Source of the DNA: Acholeplasmatales bacterium | GTDB lineage: Bacteria > Bacillota_I > Bacilli_A > Acholeplasmatales > Anaeroplasmataceae | Reading direction: 5' to 3' | DNA length: 64,000 bases | NCBI GenBank assembly: GCA_900767915.1 | Contig: CAAGAX010000060.1 | Coordinates: 87,819 to 151,818, forward strand | Shown: piece after piece, positions 29,212 through 39,516 of the stretch | How positions within the stretch are numbered: position 1 is the stretch's first letter | Layout: the number at the start of each line of letters is the position of its first letter | Position numbers and translations under genes: made by a program | The notes under the pieces: generated by a model | Database searches by the model: none | What the model was told of the DNA's origin: nothing | The model's input: only the letters and a program-made list of their open reading frames with translations

Positions 29212-29502
29212 AACGATTGCTTTATATTAAAAAATTTTAAAGTATTTCAAATTGTTGGTCCAAAATGGTTTGGTAAAACATGGATTAGTATGCATTATGG
29301 TAATTTTATTGTTATATTAACTGACATAGAGAAAATAAAACTAGCTATGCTTAATCCAAAAATTATTTTAAACGAGGACATTCTAAAGGTTAGTGATGAG
29401 TGGCAACTAGTACCAGAATTTAGAGATGCAATTAGAAATAAATATGATTTAAAAAAGACAAAGGGAAATTTTATTTTAACTGGTTCAATTGCTTTGCTAT
29501 AA
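29212..29502 (+). pseudogene. remnant of an AAA_14/DUF4143-family ATPase
   Basis: The frame reads '...FQIVGPKWFGKTWIS...SDEWQLVPEFRDAIRNKYD...GNFILTGS', colinear with the GPRQxGKT ... IDExQ ... FILTGS layout. The P-loop is damaged, the N-terminus is in another frame, and the ORF stops after ~95 aa. Confidence 0.5.
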
Positions 29503-29955
29503 AAAAAGTGAAATCAAAACTTTTTATTCTGAATCTAATAAAAAAATAATATTATTAATATTTTAGCTATAAAGGAATATAAGTTAATTAATTATTCGTG
29601 TAGTAAAAATATTAATGGATTATTAGAAATGTTTTAATTTTATAATAAAGGAATATTACTTTTACTAACAATAATCTTTTATATTATGATTTTATTATAT
29701 TGTATTTTCTATAGTAATATTAAAATTAATTTCAAGATTTAGATATATGAATTTAATTCTTCTTGATATAATCCTATATCAGTAGCATTAAAATAAATAA
29801 ATTAATTTATTTAAATTTTAGATAAATTAGTGTATGAATTAAGATTTTATCAATTATTTTTCTACTAAATTCTTTTATATTTTTAAAATTTTATTGATTT
29901 TAATTTTTATATTGATTTATAATTCACTTATAAAATATATATTAAAGAGGAACTT

Positions 29956-30756
29956 ATGGAATATATTATTTTAAGAAATAATTTAAAAATGCCTTTAATT
30001 GGTTTTGGTACTGCAAGACTAGAAGGTGATGAATGTTATATGGCAGTTAGTAATGCAATTAAGGTTGGATATAGACATTTTGATACGGCTGACATGTATA
30101 ATAATGAGGCTGATGTTGGAAAGGCTATATATGATAGTAAAATACCTAGAAATGAATTTTTTATAACAACAAAGCTATATCATAAAACAAATACTTATGA
30201 ATTAGCTTTAGAACAAATAAATAAATCATTAGAGAATTTAAAGGTGGATTATATAGATTTAATGTTAATACATGAACCATTTATAGGTGATGATAAGGTA
30301 TATAATGCAATTATAGAAGAATATAAAAAAGGTAGAATTAAAGCTATAGGAGTTTCTAACTTTAATATTGAATATTTAGAAGAATTTATGAATAAGGTTG
30401 AAATTATTCCTATGATTAATCAGGTTGAATGTCATCCTTATTTTCAAGAGCTTAAGCTTTTAGAACATATGAAAAAATATGGAATTGTTATGGAATCATA
30501 TTCTCCATTTACTGCCTCAGTTAAAGATATTGATAATGATAAAGTATTATTAGAAATTAGTAAAAATCATAATAGAAGTATTAGACAGATCATTCTTAGA
30601 TATTTTATAGAAAAGGAAATACCTTGTATTCCTAAAACATCTAAAATTGAAAGAATGAAGGAGAATTTTGATGTATTTTCTTTTAAGCTTTCTAATGAAG
30701 AAATTAAAAGAATAGAGGGTTTAGATTTAAACATAAGTCTTTTTGGATGGAATTAA
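29956..30756 (+). CDS. aldo/keto reductase (2,5-diketo-D-gluconate reductase-like)
   Basis: 266 aa. 'GYRHFDTADMYNNE', 'LMLIHEP' and 'IGVSNF' AKR motifs. Confidence 0.9.
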   Translation: MEYIILRNNLKMPLIGFGTARLEGDECYMAVSNAIKVGYRHFDTADMYNNEADVGKAIYDSKIPRNEFFITTKLYHKTNTYELALEQINKSLENLKVDYIDLMLIHEPFIGDDKVYNAIIEEYKKGRIKAIGVSNFNIEYLEEFMNKVEIIPMINQVECHPYFQELKLLEHMKKYGIVMESYSPFTASVKDIDNDKVLLEISKNHNRSIRQIILRYFIEKEIPCIPKTSKIERMKENFDVFSFKLSNEEIKRIEGLDLNISLFGWN

Positions 30757-30888
30757 TTTTTTTATTGATAAAATAATTTTATAAATTATAATAGATATAT
30801 AAAAATAAGCTAATTATAAGGGAATAATGGATTAAATAATAGCTTAATATAAATTTAAAGGTGGTGTAGCATTTTCCTAATAATCCAA

Positions 30889-32634
30889 ATGTGTATTATG
30901 AATATAAATTTTGAAAATGTTTCTTTTAAATATATAGAAAAATATGTATTAAAGGATGCTTCTTTTTCTATAACAGATAATGATAAGGTTGGATTAATTG
31001 GCGTTAATGGTACAGGTAAAACAACATTATTAAAACTTATTTTAGGTATAGAAAAGCCTATTTCTGGAAATATATTAATTAGTGGTGGTATGAGAATTAA
31101 TTATCTACCTCAAACACCAATATTTGATGAAAAAAAGAGTCTTTTTGATATTGTTATGGAGGAAAATTGTAAGGAATTTCCTATCCAAGAATATGAAGCT
31201 AAATCGATATTAAGCAAAATGGGTTTTACTGATACATCTATTACTACAGCTAAAATGAGTGGAGGTCAATTAAAAAGAGTTGCTTTAGCAAAGGTTTTAG
31301 TTACACCATGTGATATATTATTGCTAGATGAGCCTACTAACCATTTAGATAATGAGCTTATTGTTTGGCTTGAAAAATATTTAATTAAATGGAAAAAAGG
31401 TTTATTAATGGTAACTCATGATAGATATTTTTTACAAAGAGTTTGTAATAAGATGATGGAGCTTGATTTTGGTAAAATATATTTATATGATGCTAATTAT
31501 GAATTATTCTTAGAATTAAAGGAAAAAAGAATTGAAGATGAAGCTTTAAGAGAAAAAAGATTAAAATCATTTTTAAAAAGTGAAAGAAATTGGATGACTC
31601 GAGGAGTAGAGGCTAGAAGAACTAAGAGTAAAAGTAGAATTGAAAGGTTTAATGAATTAAGTAAAATTGAATTTAATGAACAAAAATCTATGGAGCTTTC
31701 AAGTATAGCCACACGTTTAGGTAAGAAGCTAATTTCAGTTCATGATGGCAGTAAAGCTTTTGGTGATAAGGAATTATTTTCTTATTTTAGCTTTGATTTA
31801 AATAAAAGTGATATTATTGGTATTGTTGGAGATAATGGATGTGGTAAAACAACATTATTTAAAATAATAATGGGTCTTGAAAATCTTGATAATGGAGAAT
31901 TGATTAAAGGTGAAACATTAAATATTGGTTATTTACCACAGCATTTAGAGCTAATTGATCCTGAAATTAGAGTTATTGATTATATTAAAAATGAAAAATC
32001 TCAAATAGAGACATTAGATGGAATTATTCCTGCATCTACATTGCTTGAAAATTTTTTATTTGATAAGGAATTACAATATTCTAAGGTTAAGATGTTATCT
32101 GGTGGAGAAAAAAGAAGATTACAGCTTGTTAAGGTTTTAATAAATAATCCTAATATTTTATTGTTTGATGAACCAACTAATGATTTAGATTTATATACTC
32201 TTGAAATATTAGAGGATTATTTAATGAAATTTAAAGGGCCTGTAATGGTTATAAGTCATGATAGATATTTTTTAGATAAGATATGTAATAAGCTATTTAT
32301 ATTTAATAATGGATATATTGAAGAATCTAGTTTATCATTTAGTGAATATTTAGAAAACCTAGAGCCTGTTAAAAATGAAAAGAGTAGCTCTAATTATAAA
32401 AATACTAATAAAATGTCTGCATCATTGAGAAATGAGCTTTCTAAGCTTGAGGAGGATATGCCTAAGGTTGAAGCGAAAATTAATGAGCTTAAGGAATCAT
32501 TAAAATTAGAATCTACAGATTATAAGAAGCTTATGGAATTAAATAATGAAATAGAAGAAAATGAAAAGCAATTAGATAAAATGATGGAAAGATTTTTTGA
32601 GCTTGATGCGATTAGAGAGGAGTATAAGAAATGA
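30889..32634 (+). CDS. ABC-F family ATPase (two NBDs, no TMD, C-terminal coiled coil)
   Basis: Two Walker A motifs ('GVNGTGKTT', 'GDNGCGKTT'), two signatures ('MSGGQLKR', 'LSGGEKRR'), an inter-domain linker and a K/E-rich tail. The likely start is ATG 30898. Confidence 0.9.
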   Translation: MCIMNINFENVSFKYIEKYVLKDASFSITDNDKVGLIGVNGTGKTTLLKLILGIEKPISGNILISGGMRINYLPQTPIFDEKKSLFDIVMEENCKEFPIQEYEAKSILSKMGFTDTSITTAKMSGGQLKRVALAKVLVTPCDILLLDEPTNHLDNELIVWLEKYLIKWKKGLLMVTHDRYFLQRVCNKMMELDFGKIYLYDANYELFLELKEKRIEDEALREKRLKSFLKSERNWMTRGVEARRTKSKSRIERFNELSKIEFNEQKSMELSSIATRLGKKLISVHDGSKAFGDKELFSYFSFDLNKSDIIGIVGDNGCGKTTLFKIIMGLENLDNGELIKGETLNIGYLPQHLELIDPEIRVIDYIKNEKSQIETLDGIIPASTLLENFLFDKELQYSKVKMLSGGEKRRLQLVKVLINNPNILLFDEPTNDLDLYTLEILEDYLMKFKGPVMVISHDRYFLDKICNKLFIFNNGYIEESSLSFSEYLENLEPVKNEKSSSNYKNTNKMSASLRNELSKLEEDMPKVEAKINELKESLKLESTDYKKLMELNNEIEENEKQLDKMMERFFELDAIREEYKK

Positions 32635-33218
32635 ATATAAGAATTAGAAGAATTAGCTTAGCCTCAAGTATTATAATGATGGTATTTGGATCTTTAATTA
32701 CCTTGTTATCGATATTTTCATATGAAGGATTAGCTAATTTTATTTGTGTATGTATAGGATTATTAATTATTATAGTTAATATTTTTCCTTTAGCTATAGC
32801 TATTAGCCTAGTAGAAAATGATAAAAGATATATTCCGGATTTAATTCTTACTATTATTAGTATAGTTGTTGGAATTATTTTTATGATTGATAGAAAAAAT
32901 ATAGTTATAAGTATTATTTTAGCTATAATTTTAATTATTTTACCTATTATAAGAATAGCTTTAGCTAGTAATAAAAAAGATAAGCTTAAAGAAGAATTAC
33001 CTTTATTAATTATAGGAGTAGTATTAGCATTTAATGTAGGAGATTTAATATTTCAAATTGCACTTATTTCTTTTGGAGCTATAATATTTATATATGGTCT
33101 TATTAGCTTATTTATATATTTAAATGAAGAAAAAGAAATTAATAAGGCTATTACTAGTAATAAAGATAAATCAAAAAATGACGATTATATTGATGCAGAG
33201 GTTAAAGAAATAAAATAA
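32631..33218 (+). CDS. six-TM membrane protein (HdeD/DUF308-like), function unknown
   Basis: 195 aa. The start overlaps the ABC-F stop (ATGA). It has repeated paired hydrophobic helices and a charged tail. Confidence 0.5.
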   Translation: MNIRIRRISLASSIIMMVFGSLITLLSIFSYEGLANFICVCIGLLIIIVNIFPLAIAISLVENDKRYIPDLILTIISIVVGIIFMIDRKNIVISIILAIILIILPIIRIALASNKKDKLKEELPLLIIGVVLAFNVGDLIFQIALISFGAIIFIYGLISLFIYLNEEKEINKAITSNKDKSKNDDYIDAEVKEIK

Positions 33219-33326
33219 AAATATCAATATGTGATATAAAAAAATAAAGCTAAATGTATAGTTTATTTGACAAGTATTATTGTATTTGCTATAATCATTA
33301 TGATGTTTTTTTAGGAGAGTGAGCTT

Positions 33327-34211
33327 ATGAAGGTTGCTATTATGACAGATAGTAATAGTGGAATTACACAAGAAGAGGGAAAACAATTAGGAATTAAGGT
33401 TGTTCCTATGCCATTTACAATTGATGGAGAGGAATATTTAGAGGATATAACATTAAATCAAGAACAATTTTATAAAATGTTAGCTAATGGTGCTAGTGTT
33501 TCAACATCTCAACCATCTGTAGGATTTGTTAATTCTATTTGGGATGAGCTTTTAGAAGAATATGATCAAATAGTTTATATTCCTATGTCATCAGGATTAT
33601 CAAAATCATGTGAGAGTGCAACTCTTTCAGCAAAAGCTAATTATGAGGGAAAGGTTTTTGTCGTTGATAATCAAAGAATCTCAGTTACTCAAAGACAATC
33701 TGTTTTAGACGCTATTGAATTAAAAAATAAAGGATATGATGCTAAAACAATACATGATGACTTAATTAAAGTTAAAATGCAATCAGATATCTTTATTATG
33801 GTAGATACATTAAAATATTTAAAGCAAGGTGGAAGAATAACTCCAGCTGCAGCTGCTGTTGGTGGTGTTTTAAAAATTAAGCCTGTTCTTTTAATAAAAG
33901 GCGAAAAGCTTGATAAATTTAGAATGCTTAATAGAACACTAGGAAATGCAAAAAGAATTATGTTAGATGCATGCAAGGATTGTATTAATGGCTATTTAAA
34001 GGATATAGATGGTAGAGTAGATAATGTTCATTTAGAGGTTGCCTATACTGGTGTTGATGATACTGAAGCAAAAAAATTTGCTGAAATGATTAATGAGGAA
34101 TTTAAAAATCAAGAGGTAGTTATTAGTCAATTATCATTATCAATTTCATGTCATATAGGACCAGGAGCCTTAGCTATGGCAATATCTAAGGCATTACCAG
34201 AGGATATGTAG
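33327..34211 (+). CDS. DegV-family fatty-acid-binding protein (second paralog)
   Basis: 294 aa. 'VAIMTDSNSG', 'STSQPSVG', 'PMSSGLSKSCESA' and 'SCHIGPGALAMA'. Confidence 0.9.
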   Translation: MKVAIMTDSNSGITQEEGKQLGIKVVPMPFTIDGEEYLEDITLNQEQFYKMLANGASVSTSQPSVGFVNSIWDELLEEYDQIVYIPMSSGLSKSCESATLSAKANYEGKVFVVDNQRISVTQRQSVLDAIELKNKGYDAKTIHDDLIKVKMQSDIFIMVDTLKYLKQGGRITPAAAAVGGVLKIKPVLLIKGEKLDKFRMLNRTLGNAKRIMLDACKDCINGYLKDIDGRVDNVHLEVAYTGVDDTEAKKFAEMINEEFKNQEVVISQLSLSISCHIGPGALAMAISKALPEDM

Positions 34212-34218
34212 TTTATTT

Positions 34219-34253
34219 AAAGCTTTTTTCTTTTTTGAAATAAGCTTTTTTTC
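34219..34253 (+). terminator. probable terminator after degV paralog 2
   Basis: Stem AAAGCTT / AAGCTTT with a 16-nt loop followed by T7. Confidence 0.5.
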
Positions 34254-34300
34254 TTTATAAAAACATATATTTATAGTATAATCTTATTGTTATTTGCGAG

Positions 34301-35623
34301 GTGGAATTTATGCTTGTAAAGAAAATACATCCCTATATTCATATTATACTGACATTTGTTATAGTAATATTAGTAGGAACTTTTACATTAATGTTACCTA
34401 TTTCATCTAGTAATGGTGAATCATTTGGTTTTGTAAATTCACTTTTTATGGCTACATCAGCTGTTTGTGTTACAGGACTATCAGTTATGAATTTAGCTTT
34501 AGATATGTCTATTTTTGGTAGAGTTGTCATGACAATATTAATGGAAATAGGTGGATTATCATTTATTACTATAGCAGTATTCTTTTTTACTATTATTGGT
34601 GCTAAAATTGGGGTAAGTAATAGATTTTTATTAAAAGAGGCATTAAATCAAAATTCTGTTAGTGGTATTGTTGCATTAGTTAAAAAAATAATGCTTATTT
34701 CCTTTTCTATACAATTTGTTTGTGCCTTAATAAATTTAATTCCGCTGATGGATTATTATAATAATAATTTTTGGTATGCCTTTGGTGCTTCAATATTTCA
34801 TTCAGCATCATCATTCAATAATGCGGGATTTGATATTTTTGGTAGTGAATCATTAATTCCCTTTAAAGATAATATTTTAATTAATTCAACTACTATGCTA
34901 TTGATTTTTTTAGGAAGTATTGGTTTTATTGTTATAGATGATATATTAAAGAAAAGAAAATGGAGAAAATTTAATTTACATACTAAGCTTACTTTAATAA
35001 CAACATTTATTTTATTAATTATAGGAGGCTTAGCTATTAAGTTAACATTCCCTGAATTAACCTGGCTTCAATCCTTCTTTACATCCTTTGCTTCTAGAAC
35101 ATGTGGATCTTCTACCATTGATATGGCAGGATTAAAGAATCATCCAGCTTGCTATATAATAATTATATTATTAATGCTTATAGGAGCATCTCCTTGCTCA
35201 ACTGGTGGTGGTATTAAAACAACTACAATAGCTATAGCTGTTTTAGCAATTATTAGCTATGCAAAAGGAAAGAAAACTACAGTATTTCATAGAAAAATAC
35301 AAGATAGTCAAATATTTAAATCATTTGTTTTAATTGTTATGTTTTCATTTATTATATTTATTGGTACATTTTTAATTTGTTCTATTCAGCCTGAATTAGG
35401 TATAGAGGAAATATTTTTTGAGGTAGTCTCTGCTTTTACAACAACTGGCTTTTCAATGGGGATTACCTCAAGCTTAAATACTGCTTCAAAAATTATTATT
35501 TCTATATTAATGCTATTAGGTAGAATAGGACCGTTAACAATAATAGGTGTTGTAAATAAGAATTGGATGAGTGCATCTAATGATGATATTCAATATGTTG
35601 AGGAAAGTGTGATTGTAGGATGA
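34301..35623 (+). CDS. ktrB: Trk/Ktr-type potassium uptake membrane subunit (TrkH/KtrB family)
   Basis: 440 aa, polytopic. Selectivity-filter-like 'TGLS', 'NNAGFD', 'STGGGIKT' and 'TTGFS' P-loop glycines. The probable start is ATG 34310. Confidence 0.85.
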   Translation: MEFMLVKKIHPYIHIILTFVIVILVGTFTLMLPISSSNGESFGFVNSLFMATSAVCVTGLSVMNLALDMSIFGRVVMTILMEIGGLSFITIAVFFFTIIGAKIGVSNRFLLKEALNQNSVSGIVALVKKIMLISFSIQFVCALINLIPLMDYYNNNFWYAFGASIFHSASSFNNAGFDIFGSESLIPFKDNILINSTTMLLIFLGSIGFIVIDDILKKRKWRKFNLHTKLTLITTFILLIIGGLAIKLTFPELTWLQSFFTSFASRTCGSSTIDMAGLKNHPACYIIIILLMLIGASPCSTGGGIKTTTIAIAVLAIISYAKGKKTTVFHRKIQDSQIFKSFVLIVMFSFIIFIGTFLICSIQPELGIEEIFFEVVSAFTTTGFSMGITSSLNTASKIIISILMLLGRIGPLTIIGVVNKNWMSASNDDIQYVEESVIVG

Positions 35624-36285
35624 AAAAAAGTTATTTAGTAATTGGTTTAGGAAGATTTGGCTCTAATGTAGCGAGAGCTTTAGAGGAAATGCATTGCGAT
35701 GTTTTAGCAATTGATATTAAAGAAGAATGTGTTAAGCAAATATCACAAGATGTACCTCATTGCTTAATTGCAGATTCAACTAAAATAAATGTATTACATG
35801 AATTAGGTGCTTCTAATGTAGATTATGCTGTTGTTGCTATTGGTAATAATTTACAAGCATCTATACTAACTGTTGTAAATTTAAAAAATTTAGGTGTTAA
35901 AAATATTATTGTTAGATCTGATGAAGAGGGACATTGTGATGTTTATAAAATGTTAGGAGCGACAGATGTTATTATTCCTGAGGAGGCATCTGCAAAAGCC
36001 TTGGCTAATCAGCTTTTAAGTGATAGTGTTTTAGATTATTATCATGTTGCTGCTAATTATGCAATTGTTAAAATTTCTATTGGAGAAAGGTTTGAAGCAA
36101 AGTCTTTAATTGATTTAAATATACGTAATCGCTTTGATGTAAATATAGTAGGTATTATTAAAGATGAATCATCTACTGAATTTTTCATTCCAAAGGGTAC
36201 TGATATTTTAGAAGCTGGTAATGTTGTGGTTGTAGTAGGAACTGATAGTAAGCTTAAGAAATTTGATCAATTTTTAAATAGTTAG
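35620..36285 (+). CDS. ktrA: Trk/Ktr regulatory subunit (RCK/TrkA-N plus TrkA-C)
   Basis: 'VIGLGRFGSNVARAL' Rossmann motif. The start overlaps the ktrB stop (ATGA). Confidence 0.85.
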   Translation: MKKSYLVIGLGRFGSNVARALEEMHCDVLAIDIKEECVKQISQDVPHCLIADSTKINVLHELGASNVDYAVVAIGNNLQASILTVVNLKNLGVKNIIVRSDEEGHCDVYKMLGATDVIIPEEASAKALANQLLSDSVLDYYHVAANYAIVKISIGERFEAKSLIDLNIRNRFDVNIVGIIKDESSTEFFIPKGTDILEAGNVVVVVGTDSKLKKFDQFLNS

Positions 36286-36295
36286 GAATGATATT

Positions 36296-37147
36296 TTGAA
36301 GGTACTTTTAGTTTATAATCCCTATAGTAGTAGAAATAAAGAAAAAAGATTAAATAAAATATATAATTTATTATCTATTCATTTTGATGATATTACTATT
36401 TATAAATCAATTTATAAAAATAGTATTACTGACTATTTAATTAAATATAGTGATAAATTTGATTTATTAATTATTCTAGGTGGAGATGGAACAATTCATG
36501 AGGTAATATGTGCTTTAGAAAATGTTAATAAGCCTCCATTACTTTTTGTATTTCCATCAGGTGGATGTAATGATATTTCTAAATCATTAGGATTATCTAA
36601 AAATATAAATAAAAATATAAAAATATTATTAAAAAATAATATAAGAGAGGTTCCTTCCTTTAGAATAAATGATTCTTATTTTTTATATGCTATGGCAATA
36701 GGTATGATGAGTGATGTGAGCTATAATACAAGCTATAAGCTTAAGTATCATTTTAAGAATTTAGCTTATTATATATATTGTTTAAAGGCTTTTTTTAAGG
36801 CGAAGCCCACTAGACTTAGTGTTAATAATAAGGCTTATGATAAATTAATGCTTTTACTATTATTACATACTAAAAGCTTAGCTGGATATAAAATAAAAAA
36901 TGGAAGTATTTTTGATAAAGATTTAGTATTAGTAGGATTTAATGGAAATAAACTAATATCTTTATTTAGGTTTATATTATTTTTGTTTTTTAATAGAACT
37001 AAAAAGCTATTGTTATTAGAAAATAATAATTTTAAAATTGAATTATTTGATTCTACAATAGTAAATGTTGATGGAGAAAGGCTTAATATCAATAATGAAA
37101 TTGATATTTGTATTTCTAAAAATTTTTCATTTATATCTAAAAATTGA
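36296..37147 (+). CDS. YegS/BmrU/DagK-family lipid kinase
   Basis: 283 aa with a TTG start behind AGGAA. 'LLIILGGDGTIHEV' DAGK catalytic motif. Confidence 0.8.
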   Translation: MKVLLVYNPYSSRNKEKRLNKIYNLLSIHFDDITIYKSIYKNSITDYLIKYSDKFDLLIILGGDGTIHEVICALENVNKPPLLFVFPSGGCNDISKSLGLSKNINKNIKILLKNNIREVPSFRINDSYFLYAMAIGMMSDVSYNTSYKLKYHFKNLAYYIYCLKAFFKAKPTRLSVNNKAYDKLMLLLLLHTKSLAGYKIKNGSIFDKDLVLVGFNGNKLISLFRFILFLFFNRTKKLLLLENNNFKIELFDSTIVNVDGERLNINNEIDICISKNFSFISKN

Positions 37148-37184
37148 ATAAAAAAGACAAGTCAGGATAAAATATACATGGTGA

Positions 37185-38177
37185 TTGGCTATGCGTAAGG
37201 CATCTAAGGCTTGTCTTTTTTTATTTATATTTATCTATAATTATATTTATTTAAGAAGTATATTATTTTATTCTTTATATAATGAAATGAAGGAATTTGG
37301 ATTAATATTTCTTTTAATTATATTATCTTTAATATTAATAATATTATTGATTATTCCTAAAGCATTTTATAAGTTTGATTTTTATAATAAAATAAATAAT
37401 TCTAAGCTTAAGTATTTATTTACTATTTTCTTATCTATAAGGACAATATTAGGTATAGCATTAGCTTCTTATTTATTATCTAATTTTTTTTATAAGGATA
37501 TTCCTTTTTATTTTATTCTAATTATATTATTAGCAGCTGTAATATTTTTATCTAGCTATAAACCAATAGCGATTATTGAAATTAGTGCAATATTAGGAGC
37601 TATTATAATTCTTTTATATTTGTTATATTTTCATATTCCAATAGAAATGAATTTTATTAATAATAGCTCATTTAGTATTTTTCCAATTTTTTATTCTATT
37701 TTTTTCATTTTTGATAATTTTATATATTTGTTTTCAAATAAGGATAATTTAGAATTTAAAAAGAGTACTATTATATTAGGAATTATATTTTCTTTAATAT
37801 TATTAATAATTGAATATGGATTAATTATTTTTACTTCTAGTAGTAGCTTATTTATTAATAATCCTATTGTGGGCTTTTTATCCTTTAGGATAGCTCCTAT
37901 CTCTAGATTTTATGGTAGCTTTGATTATATTTATATTACAAGCATAACAATTACAGCTATAATTAAATTAGCTTTTTATAATAGTATAATCAATTATTCT
38001 AAAAGAATTAGATTAATTCTAAGCTTTATAATATTAATACTTTCAATATTAATATATTTTTTAATAAAGCTAAATTATAACAATTATTTATTCTTCAATT
38101 TTATAGTCGGGATATTAATGATAGGTATAGTTATATATATGATAGGAGCATATTATGAAATTAGAAAAAATAAATAA
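37185..38177 (+). CDS. spore germination receptor B-subunit-like permease (GerAB family, very divergent)
   Basis: About 10 TM helices. It lies immediately upstream of and overlapping a GerAA-type gene. The 5' end is uncertain: ATG 37287 is an alternative, and the first ~30 codons overlap a hairpin. Confidence 0.5.
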   Translation: MAMRKASKACLFLFIFIYNYIYLRSILFYSLYNEMKEFGLIFLLIILSLILIILLIIPKAFYKFDFYNKINNSKLKYLFTIFLSIRTILGIALASYLLSNFFYKDIPFYFILIILLAAVIFLSSYKPIAIIEISAILGAIIILLYLLYFHIPIEMNFINNSSFSIFPIFYSIFFIFDNFIYLFSNKDNLEFKKSTIILGIIFSLILLIIEYGLIIFTSSSSLFINNPIVGFLSFRIAPISRFYGSFDYIYITSITITAIIKLAFYNSIINYSKRIRLILSFIILILSILIYFLIKLNYNNYLFFNFIVGILMIGIVIYMIGAYYEIRKNK

Positions 38178-39516
38178 TATAAGTAAAATTGAAACTATTG
38201 ATAATTGTATTTTGTATTATATTGATGGATTATGTGATATTAAGCTATTTTATTCTCATTTTTATAATACTATAAAAAATGATAGAGATATTAGAATAGA
38301 TAAGCTATTTCCGGGAATTTGTAAGGAAATTAATTATTCAGAAATGGATAATTATTTATATGAAGGAGAAATTTGCATTTATAGAAATCAAAGATATTTT
38401 CATATAGATTTGATCGCTAGTCAAACTAGAGCTATAGGAGATTCAATCATAGAACCAGAATCACCATTTCAAGCAAGAGATGGCTTTAGTGATTATATAA
38501 AAACTAATATTTCTCTTATGCGTACAAGAATAAAGGATGATAGGCTAAATATTGAAACTGCTACTATAGGTAGAAGAAGTAAAACTAAAATTGCATTATT
38601 ATCTATTAATGATATTCATGATAATAAAATTAAAAATAGTATTATTGAGGTTTTAAATAAAATAGATATAGATTCAGTATTAAGTATAGATGATATTTTA
38701 GCTTATTTTCAAAAGGGACATATTTTTCCTGTTTATCAATATGTAGGATCTCCTGAAATTGCATCAAAGAATCTTTATAACGGTGAGTTTATTTTAATAA
38801 TAGATAGAATCTCACTTGCGATTATATTACCTATAAATATGGCTACTGCTACGAAGCTTCCTATTGACAAAACAACAATTCCTTTTTTTACCTTATTAGA
38901 AAGAATAATGGTAATATTATGCTTTATGATTTCTACTATTGGTCTTGGTTTATTTTGTTCTTTTATAACCATAGATAGTGATTTTTTGTCACTAAGATGG
39001 ATTTCAATATTAAAGTATTTAGAGGGTGAGATTGCAATACCTAGTTTTTTTCAAATTATGATAATATTATCTCTATTTGAATTGTTGTATTTTATAACAT
39101 TCAGACAATCTAAAATTACTTTATCATCTACTATAGTTTTAGTAGGTGGATTAATAATTGGAGAGAATCTAGCAACAAGTGGTATTGCAGGTGTAATTAT
39201 TATTACCTTTACAGCTATAGCTTTTTTAGCAGGATTTATGGTATCTACTAATATTACTGTATTAATAAATATATCTATTATTAGGCTTATAATTTTAATT
39301 TTAAGCTGGCAATTGGGATTATTTGGAGTTGTTGTTGGTGTTATTATATTATTAGCTCTTATGTATAAGGAAAATTTATTTGGAGTTCATTATTTTTACC
39401 CTTTTATTCCATTAAATATAAAGGATTTTGTGGGATTTTTTAAATCTAGTAGTAGATTAGATATGAGCTATAGAGATTTAAATTTACATGTTAAAAATAG
39501 GAGAAGAAGAAAATGA
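38155..39516 (+). CDS. spore germination receptor A subunit (GerAA/GerKA family)
   Basis: 453 aa. A soluble N-terminal domain ('AIGDSIIEPESPFQARDGFSDYIKTNISLMRTRI') is followed by 4-5 TM helices, as in GerA-type subunits. Confidence 0.85.
   Translation: MKLEKINNISKIETIDNCILYYIDGLCDIKLFYSHFYNTIKNDRDIRIDKLFPGICKEINYSEMDNYLYEGEICIYRNQRYFHIDLIASQTRAIGDSIIEPESPFQARDGFSDYIKTNISLMRTRIKDDRLNIETATIGRRSKTKIALLSINDIHDNKIKNSIIEVLNKIDIDSVLSIDDILAYFQKGHIFPVYQYVGSPEIASKNLYNGEFILIIDRISLAIILPINMATATKLPIDKTTIPFFTLLERIMVILCFMISTIGLGLFCSFITIDSDFLSLRWISILKYLEGEIAIPSFFQIMIILSLFELLYFITFRQSKITLSSTIVLVGGLIIGENLATSGIAGVIIITFTAIAFLAGFMVSTNITVLINISIIRLIILILSWQLGLFGVVVGVIILLALMYKENLFGVHYFYPFIPLNIKDFVGFFKSSSRLDMSYRDLNLHVKNRRRRK

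Noticed and set aside
27705-29955. Search for a direct repeat of the tRNA-Leu 3' end marking the far edge of the island.
   Set aside because: No convincing copy was found, only 6-7-mer matches. The island boundary is therefore inferred from composition and gene decay only.
34212-34300. Possible c-di-AMP (ydaO/kimA-type) riboswitch upstream of ktrB.
   Set aside because: The ~90-nt AT-rich gap holds only a terminator hairpin. None of the conserved G/C-rich pseudo-two-fold elements of that riboswitch are present.
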